From the NCBI GenBank assembly GCA_002269645.1, contig NIVC01001966.1, positions 124,001 through 188,000 of the forward strand: DNA of 64,000 nt, read 5' to 3'. Made by a program: the position numbers and the translations under genes. Source of the DNA: Macrostomum lignano (taxonomy: Eukaryota). The notes under the pieces were generated by a model. That model saw only the letters and a list, made by a program, of their open reading frames with translations, was not told where the DNA came from and ran no database searches. This document shows positions 48,635 to 59,603 of the stretch, piece after piece (positions within the stretch are counted from its first letter, which is position 1; each line of letters begins with the position of its first letter).

Positions 48635-48677
48635 ATTGGCTGAGAACATGGAAGGTGAAATCCCAGATGCTATAAAA
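48635..48677 (+). promoter_or_regulatory. Putative core promoter of lectin copy 4 (reverse CCAAT plus TATA box)
   Basis: ATTGG at 48635-48639 and TATAAAA at 48671-48677, about 56 bp before the ATG. Confidence 0.5.
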
Positions 48678-48732
48678 TGGCTGTAGCAGTCGCCTCCTCC
48701 TGCTCAGCAAGTTCTCCGAATCTGAAGCAAGG

Positions 48733-49621
48733 ATGTCGACTCTGAGGGCGCTCCTCCTCTCTCTGCTGAGCCTCGCCTGCCTGCGCAGCCTGCAGTCCTG
48801 CCAGCCGCCCTACCAGTCCGTGTCCGGCTTCTGCCTGCTCGTGAACACCACAGCCGCAGTCGGCTGGTGCCAGGCGGCTCGTCTGTGCCAGGCCGTCGGA
48901 GGCGAGCTGGTGATGGAGCCGGCCGCCATCCGGGCAGCTGCGCAGTTCGCCACGGGCTCGGTGATGCTGTGGGTCGGCGTCACCGACATGCTGGAGGAGC
49001 GGCTCACCAGCAGGTGAGGCAATCAGCATCTAGTATTTCTGCACACAGCAAATTTGATGCCACCTTTTGCTAAACAAAGAACTTCAAAAATCTCATCCGA
49101 TGCTCATTAATTAGCCTTCGATAAGTACAGATGCTGATTATCTAGATAATATCAGGAGGGTCTCACTGAACTGCTATTTTCATCTTCTCAGGAGCGGCTG
49201 GCGCATGGCAAATGGAAGCGAGTTTGTTGCCCCAAACTCGGACTGGGCAATTGGCTGCCCAAACAACATAGACAGCTCGGATGACCTGCTGGCGCTATTG
49301 AGTGGTGCTCTGTGCGACTTGCGGGAATTTTTCCAAGTCGGCTTCGTCTGCCAGCCCGTGGCGACGCCGAACAGCGGAACCTTCCGTCGGACCAGCTTCC
49401 TGCAGCTGGGCGACATCACGCCCTACTACTGCTACACGGAGGTGCAGTCGGTGCAGCGCAGGCTGCTCTGCGTTCGCCAGTGCGCTGCCCGCTGGGAGTG
49501 TCGGGCGGCTCTGTTCAACCGGGCCGAGTCTCGCTGCCGCATGCTGGACTTCGCCGACGCAAGCGCGGGCGACGCCATCGAGAAGAGCGGCGCTTGGGAG
49601 AAGTTCGTCAAGGTCTACTGA
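48733..49621 (+). CDS. Secreted C-type-lectin-like + PAN/apple protein, copy 4 (236 aa)
   Basis: Exons 48733-49013 and 49192-49621 join in frame. Confidence 0.85.
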
Positions 49622-50882
49622 GATGAACCCACTGATCAAGAATAGTTGAGCAAATAGCAAAAAACTTATTTTACACCAACTAAACACAAACTCTAGTCTC
49701 TCTGGTGACTCTCTTTCTGGCCAGGGAAAAGTTTGATGCTTGGATGGAAGCATATACGTAGCACCTGTGTGGCAGGTAAGAAAGTTATTGGTAAAAGGCA
49801 AAATCAGTGCAAATGCAAATTGACTGACACAGAATAAATACAACGTAAGCGTTAAAGACCCGCATTGTTGATAGCACGTGTTTGGAACTGATGAAGTTTA
49901 CAAAATTCTTGGAGCACTGCAGGTCAGGAAACTATGCTTGCGAGCGAAGAGAAGAAAGTCAGAACTGAGTTTACTTCAGTTCATTACCGCTCATTTGAAG
50001 GACATCTTGGCTGTTTACATGTAGGTTCTTTTGTTGTAGAAAAACTTGAGAGTCCATGCAGCTCAAGTCTCTTGAAAGCGTGGTGTGCTGTTTCCACTCT
50101 CACTAAGAGACTCAAGACAATCAATGGAGACGCCTTCCGCTGTTGTCTTGAAGAGAAACAAAGAGAAAGTAGAATGAAAAACGAAGTTGATGGGGTCAAG
50201 AAGCTGCTTGAGCAAATCCGCCACCTTTTCATTGGTGTCCTTGAGCTGAGTTTTCTTCTTTTTCAACTGCCACTGTGCTGTCTCGCTACTCGACGACTAC
50301 CATCAAGGAGCGCATGAGTTTGCTGCGCGACACGTGATCCTGCGTAGCTGAGTCAGTGCTGGAGTGCTTCTCTAGGCAGGGACTTCTTTTTGCGATGAAG
50401 TAAAACAGCAGATGAAGCTGGCAAACAAACAAGTTTCTATCTTTTCCATGATGTGCGCTCGTATTTGGATTTTTCATTCACTTTCAAAATGCAGCACCGC
50501 ATGTACGAATTCGGACAGATTCTGTCCGAACTAGAGAGCTGCGCCATGGACAACTGAGGTGGTATCGAATAGAAGGACTCCCGTACTCTCGATTCTCTTT
50601 GAAATAAGAAACAGGATTTTCTCGACAAAATTTGTCTATGGCGAAACCCCGTTCTCGAGAGCATACAAAATGGCTGCTGGCCGCTCAACAGTTTTATTTA
50701 TTTTGGTCGTAAGCGGCTGAGGACGCGTAAATACACGCGTCTGAAGACGATTACGACCATAGATAAGTCAAACAAGTGGGGATTGATGTATTTATTACTC
50801 AGTTCGTGTCAAGCAAGAGGAAAGTTAAGATAAAATCCTGCAACGTACTTACCAACGACTTATCCAACCAAAAAGCCACAAT

Positions 50883-51357
50883 GGAAAGATAGTGCACGGC
50901 TTGCAAGTGCAACAACGCCTAGGACCACGAGTGCGAGTGTTGGAAGTGACGACGTCAGGCAAGTGTTGGAATGACGACGTCAGTCCAAAATGTCAAGGTT
51001 GACGTTCAAGCATCTTCGGCCGATACTGTTCGACCGGAGCTACATATTCATCTGAGTGGTAGTTTCAGCAATTGCAACTTCAAATTCGATGATCAGTGAG
51101 TACTGATGAGTACTGAGTGAGTTACTGAGTTTTCGAGTTACTACTAGAGCACTGACTACTAGACAAAGAGCTAGTTAAAAATGTTCAACTATTTGCTACG
51201 TTTGCTTTTCGTAAAATATAAAGTTTGTGTTGTTGCATTATTGCACGCTGAAAGCCGCCAGCGTGCATTTTTGGCGCATTATTGCACCCTGATTGTCAAT
51301 TGTCTATGGTAAAATCTCCATTATTTTGACTCACTTGTTGGCTAGACTATATGATAA
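50883..51357 (+). repeat. Deleted copy of the 3139-4204 hairpin/Crypton-derived element
   Basis: Hairpin left arm (equivalent to 3139-3200) fused to sequence nearly identical to 3844-4204. Confidence 0.85.
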
Positions 51358-51779
51358 TGGGTATTCCTGACGACTTACTTGACTTGACTCTGCCGGATAT
51401 GGATTTTAATCTTGAAGTGCTCATGGTGGCCGAAGGCGACAAACAACGTGATGGAGTGGTTTCAAGTCGGCATGCGATGATGAACGAGTTGGAGTTGAAT
51501 TTGCAACTGAATAAAGCGACACCTGAAAATACTAAAAAGAAGGCTGATTGGATCGTTGGCGTATTCAAGCATTGGCATGAGCAGAAGAAGACTGCTTGGT
51601 CAACGGGTGGTGGTCCATCGTTAATGGTCCTGAAAGATCTCTCGGAGATGACGAAGCAAGATCTGAATTATCTTCTGAAGTACTTCGTTATGGAAGTACG
51701 CAATCAGGATGGAGAACGGTTCACTTCCACCACTCTGAATGACTCTTTGTCCATGATTCAATGGTACTGGCGCCGTTAA
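51351..51779 (+). mobile_element. Crypton-like N-terminal ORF fragment
   Basis: TPENTKKKADWIVGVFKHW...LSEMTKQDLNYLLKYFVMEVRNQDGERFTSTTL, DUF3504/KIAA1958-type N-terminus; truncated. Confidence 0.75.
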
Positions 51780-52424
51780 CTCCGAGAGTCCTAGTCCTAC
51801 GAAGATGCGAATCGAGATCTGTGGCGAATCGAATAAGGTCACCATTAATTTCGATTAACAATGCTTGTTTTTCGAGAACTTAATGACGAAAGTGCAGTTC
51901 TTCGTTCGTTCTTCGTTTCTTACACGTTATTTCGTTCAAAATGAAATTCTAAAGTATTCGAGCTAATAAATAATTTATTGGCCCGGCCAAATAAATTTCT
52001 TTCGCATCAAATAAAGCTTTTCTTAGTCTATGACCGGGCCTAACTGGGTAATAAATGTGATTGAAAGCAGCTTTCTGAATTTTATCTAAACACTACAGAA
52101 ATGTATGTACCTGCGACTGCGTACCTCAAAAGGTCCATTCAGGCCAATTGAAAAAGTTTTTACACAAGTTTTTTAGCTATGTACTTTCTTTAATTCAAAA
52201 GCTTAAATTAGTACTGGCTAATATCTGAATAATGCCCTTAAAAGATTAAATAATCTAACAAGTTTAAATTAGTTAGAACTGTTTGGCACATTAAGGTTTC
52301 ACGCCTGGAGCTGGTCAAATAGAGCCAGGGGTCAGCTTTGATGGCAACTATACGAGCGTACTTTGAATTACATGTAGTTATATAATTCCCGTAAAATTTA
52401 ACATTAAAGTACATTGTTTGTAGG

Positions 52425-52505
52425 ATGTCGATTGACGACTCCGACGGCGTTCCTCCTCTTATTTGCTGACATCACCGACATGCTGCAGGAGCGGCTCACT
52501 AGCAG
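52425..52505 (+). pseudogene. Collapsed remnant of lectin exon 1
   Basis: atgtcga..gactccga..gcgttcctcctct fused to tcaccgacatgctgcaggagcggctcactagcag|gt, about 200 bp of exon 1 missing. Confidence 0.7.
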
Positions 52506-53667
52506 GTTTGTTCAGAACTTAAAATCATAATCGAGCTGATATATCAATCATATTTCCAGTCTGAAGCGCTGAGCTTAATGTATCAACAATTGTGGTTTGT
52601 TAGACAATTATAGAGACATTCTGTTTCTCGTAGTGCCGACGGTTCACGCCCACGATCGTATTGCTTGGCTAATCCCTAAATAAGTCATCAGAAATCGGGA
52701 AACCTAAATAATTTTTTACAGTTTTAAAAAATTAGAACTATAGATTTACAGTGCAATGCCATGTGGCATTAACTGTAATGGCGATTTGAACACGAAATAT
52801 TCTTTTATTAAAAACTGCTCAAATTGACTCAAAATTGTAAAAAAGCTAATTCGAATCCAAGAGTATGTGCTACTCGTAAGCAGCAGACGGTCCATTTGCC
52901 CATGCACCTGAGCAACATGACCAATCAGAGTCTGCCAAGCTGCGAGAGGTTAAACACCGGTATATAGCAATTTCCATGCGAATGATGAAGCCCGTACAGC
53001 TGGAAAGCTGCTGGTTTACCGCAGGGATGTCGACTGCAAGGGCGCTCATCCTCTCCCTGCTGAGCCTCGCCTGCCTGCGCAGCCTGCAGTCCTGCCAGCC
53101 GCCCTACCAGTCCGTGTCCGGCTTCTGCCTGCTCGTGAACACCACAGCCGCAGTCGGCTGGTGCCAGGCAGCTCGTCTGTGCTCACGCGTAATATGCACG
53201 TGACTGACACTCGTGAAACACGTTTTGTGTCCCTTCTTTACGCGAATATACGCGTGTAAGAATACGCACAGAATACACGAGTGAGTTACGCGCTCAAAAA
53301 GCGCGCTTTACACACATTTAACATGAATAATACGCGCAATAAACGGATAGAAAGTTGTCGGGGCAGCGCTGACAGCGCAGACAACAGGAGCCTCGTCGAT
53401 AGAGTAGGACCCGGGATTAGGCCAGAATTACTCGTAGGAGACCTTCTCCGTACTCGATTCAGTGGTTTCTTGACCAGTTCTTTCATATTTCCTATCTGCC
53501 GCGTATCACAGGACGGAGTGATTAAATCCAAAACAGGAAAAGTGACAGAGGAGTGCCAGAAAGCACAAACATATAGAATTCGCCTGGCTAAATTCATACT
53601 ACGAGTATGAGTCTTATAAGCTCAGGTCTTCGTCAAAAAAGGTCCTCACAGCCCTCAGTATACTCAG

Positions 53668-53792
53668 TATGGCGCCCCTGTATTGTATAATATGGCCCCT
53701 GTAGTGTATAATATGGCACCCCTGTAGTGTATAATATGGCGCCCCTGTGGTGTATAATATGGCGCCCCTGTAGTGTATAATATGGCGCCCCA
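53668..53792. repeat. Tandem repeat, 23-bp unit, about 5 copies
   Basis: (ggcgcccctgtagtgtataatat)n. Confidence 0.9.
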
Positions 53793-54489
53793 CTCTTGTG
53801 GTTAAAATACGCCCCCCCTCATTTTTTTATTTCTAAATCCGCCTCTGGCGAACAGTGTTTTAAATTAATAGAAAAAACAATAGCCATTCAGAAGTCTACT
53901 TACAGAGAGGGTATAGAAAACGCACGATACTCGTAGATGTATGTCAGCCTGAAATTCAGTGAATTTATAAGCCCTTTAACAGACAGCTGCTGTAACGGCT
54001 TCCGCTGCCTGGATTTCCTGGTATTTTCAGAATGAATCTAAATAACAGACCGTAGATCGTTGCTCAGCGTCACATGAGAAGAGACAGATCTGCTTCTTTT
54101 ATCGTATACCAATCAATCGTCATGGAATGTTTTCCTTACATCTCTGCTTCCATTGCTGCTTTTGTGTGCTAGAATTTACTGTATTGATTGAAAAGCATTG
54201 TAAAACACGGATAATGGGTATGAAAAAACAACTGAATTTTTAGGTTTAGGGTTGGGGGTTGAACCAAAAATTAGAATGGCCCTGTCGAACATAAAAGACT
54301 CATTGGGGAATTGCTAAGATGTTAAGGATTACAGGGGCTGCTGAGAATCCAAGGGTCAATTGGAAGTTGTTGGTGGGCCAAGCCAAAGTAGATCAAAGCG
54401 AGAGTTAGGGTTAAACCATTGCTTAAAGGGAGGCTTTAATGCCAAAGCTCACAGCTTGGGGATGTGACAGATTTTATCAATTCCGTGTC

Positions 54490-54870
54490 ATGCCATTTAA
54501 TGCTAAAAATGCGCCTGCAAACAGTTAAACGTCTCATGGACATGGTGTTGCGCGGACCTAAATGGGAAGCCTGTCTTGTATATGTAGATGACATTGTAGT
54601 CATGGGCAGGTCATTACAAGAGCATAATAAGAACCTTGAAAAAGTCCTAAAACGTCTTAAAGAGGCTAATCTTTGTTTAAAGCCCAGTAAATGTCTCCTT
54701 GCCTTGAAATCCCGGCCATAAATATACTAAGCTATAAAATACTCCAGATGGTATTGCAGTCGACGAAGAGAAGGTACAAGTGATTACTACTTGGCCTCGA
54801 CCAGGAACTGTGAAAGAGGTGCAAAGTTTGCTAGGGCTTGAATCTTACCATCGCAAATTAATACAAAACT
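54490..54870 (+). mobile_element. Ty3/Gypsy reverse-transcriptase fragment
   Basis: MDMVLRG..CLVYVDDIVVMGRSLQEHNKNLEKVLKRLKEANLCLKPSKC, then GIAVDEEKVQVITTWPRPGTVKEVQSLLGL. Confidence 0.88.
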
Positions 54871-56519
54871 TTTCCTCATTAGCCGAAATGTAATTTCGAG
54901 TTTTTGGAAAATATGAATTAATGCGTATTTTACCAACCCAATTCATTATTTGTTTTTGACTCAAATATTGCAATATTGTCACACAGCTTTGATGTCCTGA
55001 AATGTAATGAAATGAAATGAAATGAAAAAACTTGATAAACTTGATAAACCTCCAAATAATTACGCTCGTATTAAACATTACTGATATCCATCGAAGTACA
55101 GTGTAAGTTACGCCAAATTCTATAAGTATCACATTGACTGAATATTTCTATGATTCTACTGTAAGTAGCATCATAGTTATTTCGATACTGTTACTTTAGT
55201 TGGTACTTTGTTACTGCATGTGGACGTACGTACGTCTTACATAAGACAGCTCATATGTTCCTTTTGCAACGATCCCTTGTGAATTCGTTATTCCCGGGGT
55301 ATCCGCTTATAAGCGCCTCTGCCCACCCACCTTTTCGGTTGTGTGTAATTGTGAGCGCCTCTTGAGCTGATATACGAAGAATTTCAAGTGGGTTTCCCGA
55401 GTACCTGTGTATTTTGTGGTTGATACATGTGTTAAGCATGTTTTGTAGTAGAAAAATTATCGTTGTTTGTAATCCTGATGAGTATTTTTTTAGTTGGAGA
55501 GTAAAGTATTTTTGTACTGTATAGCGTCTAGTGTAATCTAGTCAACAATGAGGTCAATGCGTTTTCGTAGTAATGATGTTACAGTGTGGTTTGTTAAAGG
55601 CATGTATCATATCGTATTTCATTATTTCGCGCGCATAACCGTACTACTTGTAATCATTCATTCATTTTAACAATATTCTATATGTAATGCGCTTATGCTC
55701 CTTTTGTATTTGTGGATATTTGTCGCCTCGCATGTATTTATTATATTATTTATATTTTATGCACAACGCCATTACACGCGTAATTCGTACTGCGTCAGAG
55801 ACTCGGAGGCGAGCTAGCTGGTGATGGAGCCGACCGCCATCCGGGGAAGCTGCGCTGTTCGCCATGGTGAACCTGTGGGTCGGCGATACCGACATGTTGG
55901 ACAAGCGACTCACCGGCAGGTATGGCTTTTAACGTCAACAGTAGGATTTTAATTACAACTGTTATTGTAAACTTTTTGCAAACATTATTAGGGAGTATCA
56001 ACACAATCCAGCGATCTGTTTTTAGAAAAAAACTTTCGCTGTTCGATAAATTTAGAACAAGGATGACATGCTGGCTCTACAAAGTGGTCTCGAGCACCGC
56101 AGGCAGGATGAGCGACGTCTGGGCAGGGCAGGCAGAGAAGTGGAGGAGAGCGTTGCAGGAGATGGAGTCCTCACGTGACGCTTCACTCAATTTTCACTCA
56201 AAAATCTGACCCACTGGCAGAATTGTTGAATATCTCAACTGTCCGGAAAACTGACGACTTGATTCTTGTTTAATAAGGTTTGCAACGAGACCAAGGAACA
56301 CAGCAATATAGTAAGTTAGATTCTGCCGAATTCTATGAGCGTTGTGCTATATCAGCCAATCAGGATGAGCGATACGGGTGACAATGAGGAAAGTGTTTCT
56401 AAGCCGAATTCAATTGGACATTGGGGTTTCCAATGGAATTTGGATTTAAACAGAAGCCCGATACGCTTTCAAGGCTGCAGAGTCTCCTGAAGTTTTTAAT
56501 AACATTTAACTCTGAAGTG

Positions 56520-57403
56520 ATGTCGACACCAAGGGTGCTCCTTCTCGCCCTGCTGAGCCTCGCCTGCCTGCGCAGCCTGCAGTCCTGCCAGCCGCCCTAC
56601 CAGCCCGTGTCCGGCTTCTGCCTGCTCGTGAACACCACAGCCGCAGTCGGCTGGTGCCAGGCAGCTCGTCTGTGCCAGGCCGTCGGAGGCGAGCTGGTGA
56701 TGGAGCCGGCCGCCATCCGGGCAGCTGCGCAGTTCGCCACGTACTCGTGGCTCTGGGTCGGCGTCACCGACATGCTGGAGGAGCGGCTCACCAGCAGGTG
56801 AGGCAATCAGCATCGAGTATCTAGTGTTTCTATCTTAAAGCTAATTTGGTGCTACTTTTGCGGAATAAAAAACTCTGAAAATCTCATCTGAATGCTCATT
56901 CATTAGTCTTCAATGCGTAAAGATGACTATAGCTTAAATTATAATAGCTGATCTGATATTCTCATCTTCTCAGGAGCGGCTGGCGCATGACCAATGGAAG
57001 CGAATTTGTTGCCCCAGACTCTTACTGGAGATCTGGCTGGCCAGATAATGGAGGCAGCTCGGATGACATGCTGGGTCTAATCAATGGTCTGCTTTACGAC
57101 TTTGTCTCATCAAACGCCATCGGCTTCGTCTGCCAGCCCGTGGCGACGCCGAACAGCGGAACCTTCCGTCGGACCAGCTTCCTGCAGCTGGGCGACATCA
57201 CGCCCTACTACTGCTACACGGAGGTGCAGTCGGTGCAGCGCAGGCTGCTCTGCGTTCGCCAGTGCGCTGCCCGCTGGGAGTGTCGGGCGGCTCTGTTCAA
57301 CCGGGCCGAGTCTCGCTGCCGCATGCTGGACTTCGCCGACGCGAGCGCGGGCGACGCCATCGAGAAGAGCGGCGCTTGGGAGAAGTTCGTCAAGGTCTAC
57401 TGA
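56520..57403 (+). CDS. Secreted C-type-lectin-like + PAN/apple protein, copy 5 (235 aa)
   Basis: Exons 56520-56797 (278 nt, one codon shorter: ATYSWLW) and 56974-57403 join in frame. Confidence 0.85.
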
Positions 57404-58719
57404 GAGAAGCAGCGATGGCTAACATGGCTATTTGAATTAAAACAACTCTTGATCCACAGGAGAGCAGCTTAACCAAAACTGGCAGAAACTGAACTCGAGT
57501 GCGCAATGTTAGCTCGAACGTAGTAGCAAAATACCACAAGCTTACTAAAGGCAAAAAACCGTATTCACAACTTCTAGATTGTTTGTTCCAACAGTAAATT
57601 TTTATTTTGATCTCAAATTTATCCCCCACTTTTCCCAGTCAAATAAGTCTATGGTCCAGTGTTGAAGCATTTATTTGTCCGGGACGAAGAAATATTTATT
57701 TGTCCCGGACGAAGAAACGATATATTTATTTCCGTTTCGATCAGAACCATAGACTGTTGAGCTATAGTTCTTTTTTTCCACAAGACCGAGCCAAGTTGTG
57801 GAAAAATACTATCTCTCCCGTTTATTCATTTATCTGAAGGAATATCAACCTTCTGCTGGGGGAAGAAGGCACTTTGTGAATATTACTCTAAGTGCCTCAA
57901 ACTCAAACTGAGTAAGTTTTTCTTACTCAAATGCGCGCGCATCTTAGACTTGGACTCATAGTTCAGACTAGTTTAGATGAATGAATCAAAGAGACGAGTG
58001 CATTTGTATTTTACGCTTGATATTCTCATGCAGTTCTTTGTTAGTTTCCGAATTTCAGTCTCGGTGAGGATGTAAAAGTATTTAGAAAATGAAGTTTCAA
58101 AGTTGTTGCAATTTGCTGTTTTCACCTGAAACGATGTAGTTGTGCAATTACGTTCGCCCATAATTTAGATCATGCTTTGGACATTAAAAAAGTTTAAGAG
58201 CTATCAGTTGATTGTTTTTAGTACCCCTATACCCCAGCCTTGGCTTGTTGAGCACACGGCCTGCTGTATCTGTGGCAGCTTTCTCTAATTTCCAAATATT
58301 TGCACGAGTACCATGTCGTGTATCGAATTTTCTTCTAGAAGTTTCATTGTGCCTGGGTACCAGCGCGAGGCATCACTCAAGTTTAGCAGTAAGCGGATGA
58401 GGAGTTTGCTTTTCTACTTTTTTACGGAAGCTGAGGCTCATGCTTTACGCGATGGCAATGAGGCAAAGACATTGTCATGGCGTGAATAATCGCTAAAGCT
58501 TTTTTGAGCCCACAGAGGAAGACAAATATTGATTTAATTGCACTGGGTGCGAAGGAGAGTTTTCGGAGTCAACCACAGTCAGCGATCTGAGAGACTTTCT
58601 CAAGACACTCGCCAGGAAGTTTCACTTCCGGTAGTAATATGTTGACTCAGTGTTGGTGTTATAAACGCAGTAGTGTAGCTGATTGAGTATATTTCTTAGT
58701 CAACAAGCAACACAGTTAA

Positions 58720-59400
58720 GAGAGGATGAAGCCAGAGGGCGAAAGCGATTTGATCGCTATAGCAGTTTCAGACATTGACAAAGGCTATACAGCATCGTCC
58801 GAGAAAAATCTAGAATTGGGGAAACTAAAGGCAGTCACTATAATTAGCATAGATACGAACTGCAATTTACAATTAATGGCTGGCACAAGCATGAATTCGC
58901 TCTATTTCTTCTGGGGTAGGGCGATGCATAGACATCAGCAATCGGTAGCGTGCAACAAACGAAACGAAAATCAACAGGGAAAGTCGACGAATGCGTTGAA
59001 TTGTCAGCAATCACTCTTCTTGAGACCGAAATAGTAGTAACGTAGGTATTCGTAGAGCTTCCACGAGTCCATAATGACGCAGTCGTCCTCCGTATGCTCC
59101 CATTAGAGAGGACTTGAAGTATCCACCGTGGCGCATCATCTGCTCTTGAGTCGTCTTTGGCAGAGACCTTAACTCCACGGCGTCCAAGTCAATTGTCGCA
59201 TGTTCAACTGGAAGCTCCGGCAATGGTCCATATCACCAGGTTTGGTCAGCCATTAGATAAAGTTGAAAAGCACCGCGTCATCCTGGTGGTCATCCTGGTC
59301 ATCCTTGGCACTCAGTTCAGATATCAGCTGGCTTAACTCACTACTTGTCACACTGTGAGATTGGCCCCAGTTGATGAGAGCCATGTTTAATAAGAATAGC
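58720..59400 (-). mobile_element. Degenerate Crypton-like relic, same subfamily as 60-830
   Basis: LDAVELRSLPKTTQEQMMRHGGYF aligns with HVEIDSLPETTREQMFTHSKTF; followed by LYEYLRYYYFGLKKSD. Confidence 0.55.
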
Positions 59401-59603
59401 TGAGACGTAGGAGAAGCTCTCGCATAGATCTTATATCAAATCACCGCTTCTTGGAATGAATGGTTCCCATAGACTCAATGGTTTTGCTGGGTGCCACTGA
59501 GTGGCCTATCTTGTGTATATAAAATCTATGCTCTACACTAAGGTCTCTCTCGTCTATCTGTCTTCCTAGCTAGCGCCTCCCTCCATCATCTTTAGGCCCC
59601 ACC

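Larger units (their letters stand above)
53027..56180 (+). pseudogene. Lectin-PAN pseudogene split by a 2.6-kb insertion
   Basis: Exon 1 5' half 53027-53182 (stops at ...ARLC); homology resumes at 55796 (cag..tcggaggcgagctagctggtg...gcag|gt at 55920); exon 2 remnant ggatgacatgctggctcta at 56061. Confidence 0.8.

Noticed and set aside
53183-55795. Insert as a Helitron or complete LTR element
   Set aside because: It starts with TC but lacks a CTRR end, and no paired LTRs or PBS could be identified.
1917-57121. Diversity-generating retroelement (DGR) acting on the C-type lectin fold
   Set aside because: No invariant template repeat, changes are not adenine-specific, and no DGR-type reverse transcriptase is present; the RT pieces are Gypsy and DIRS relics.
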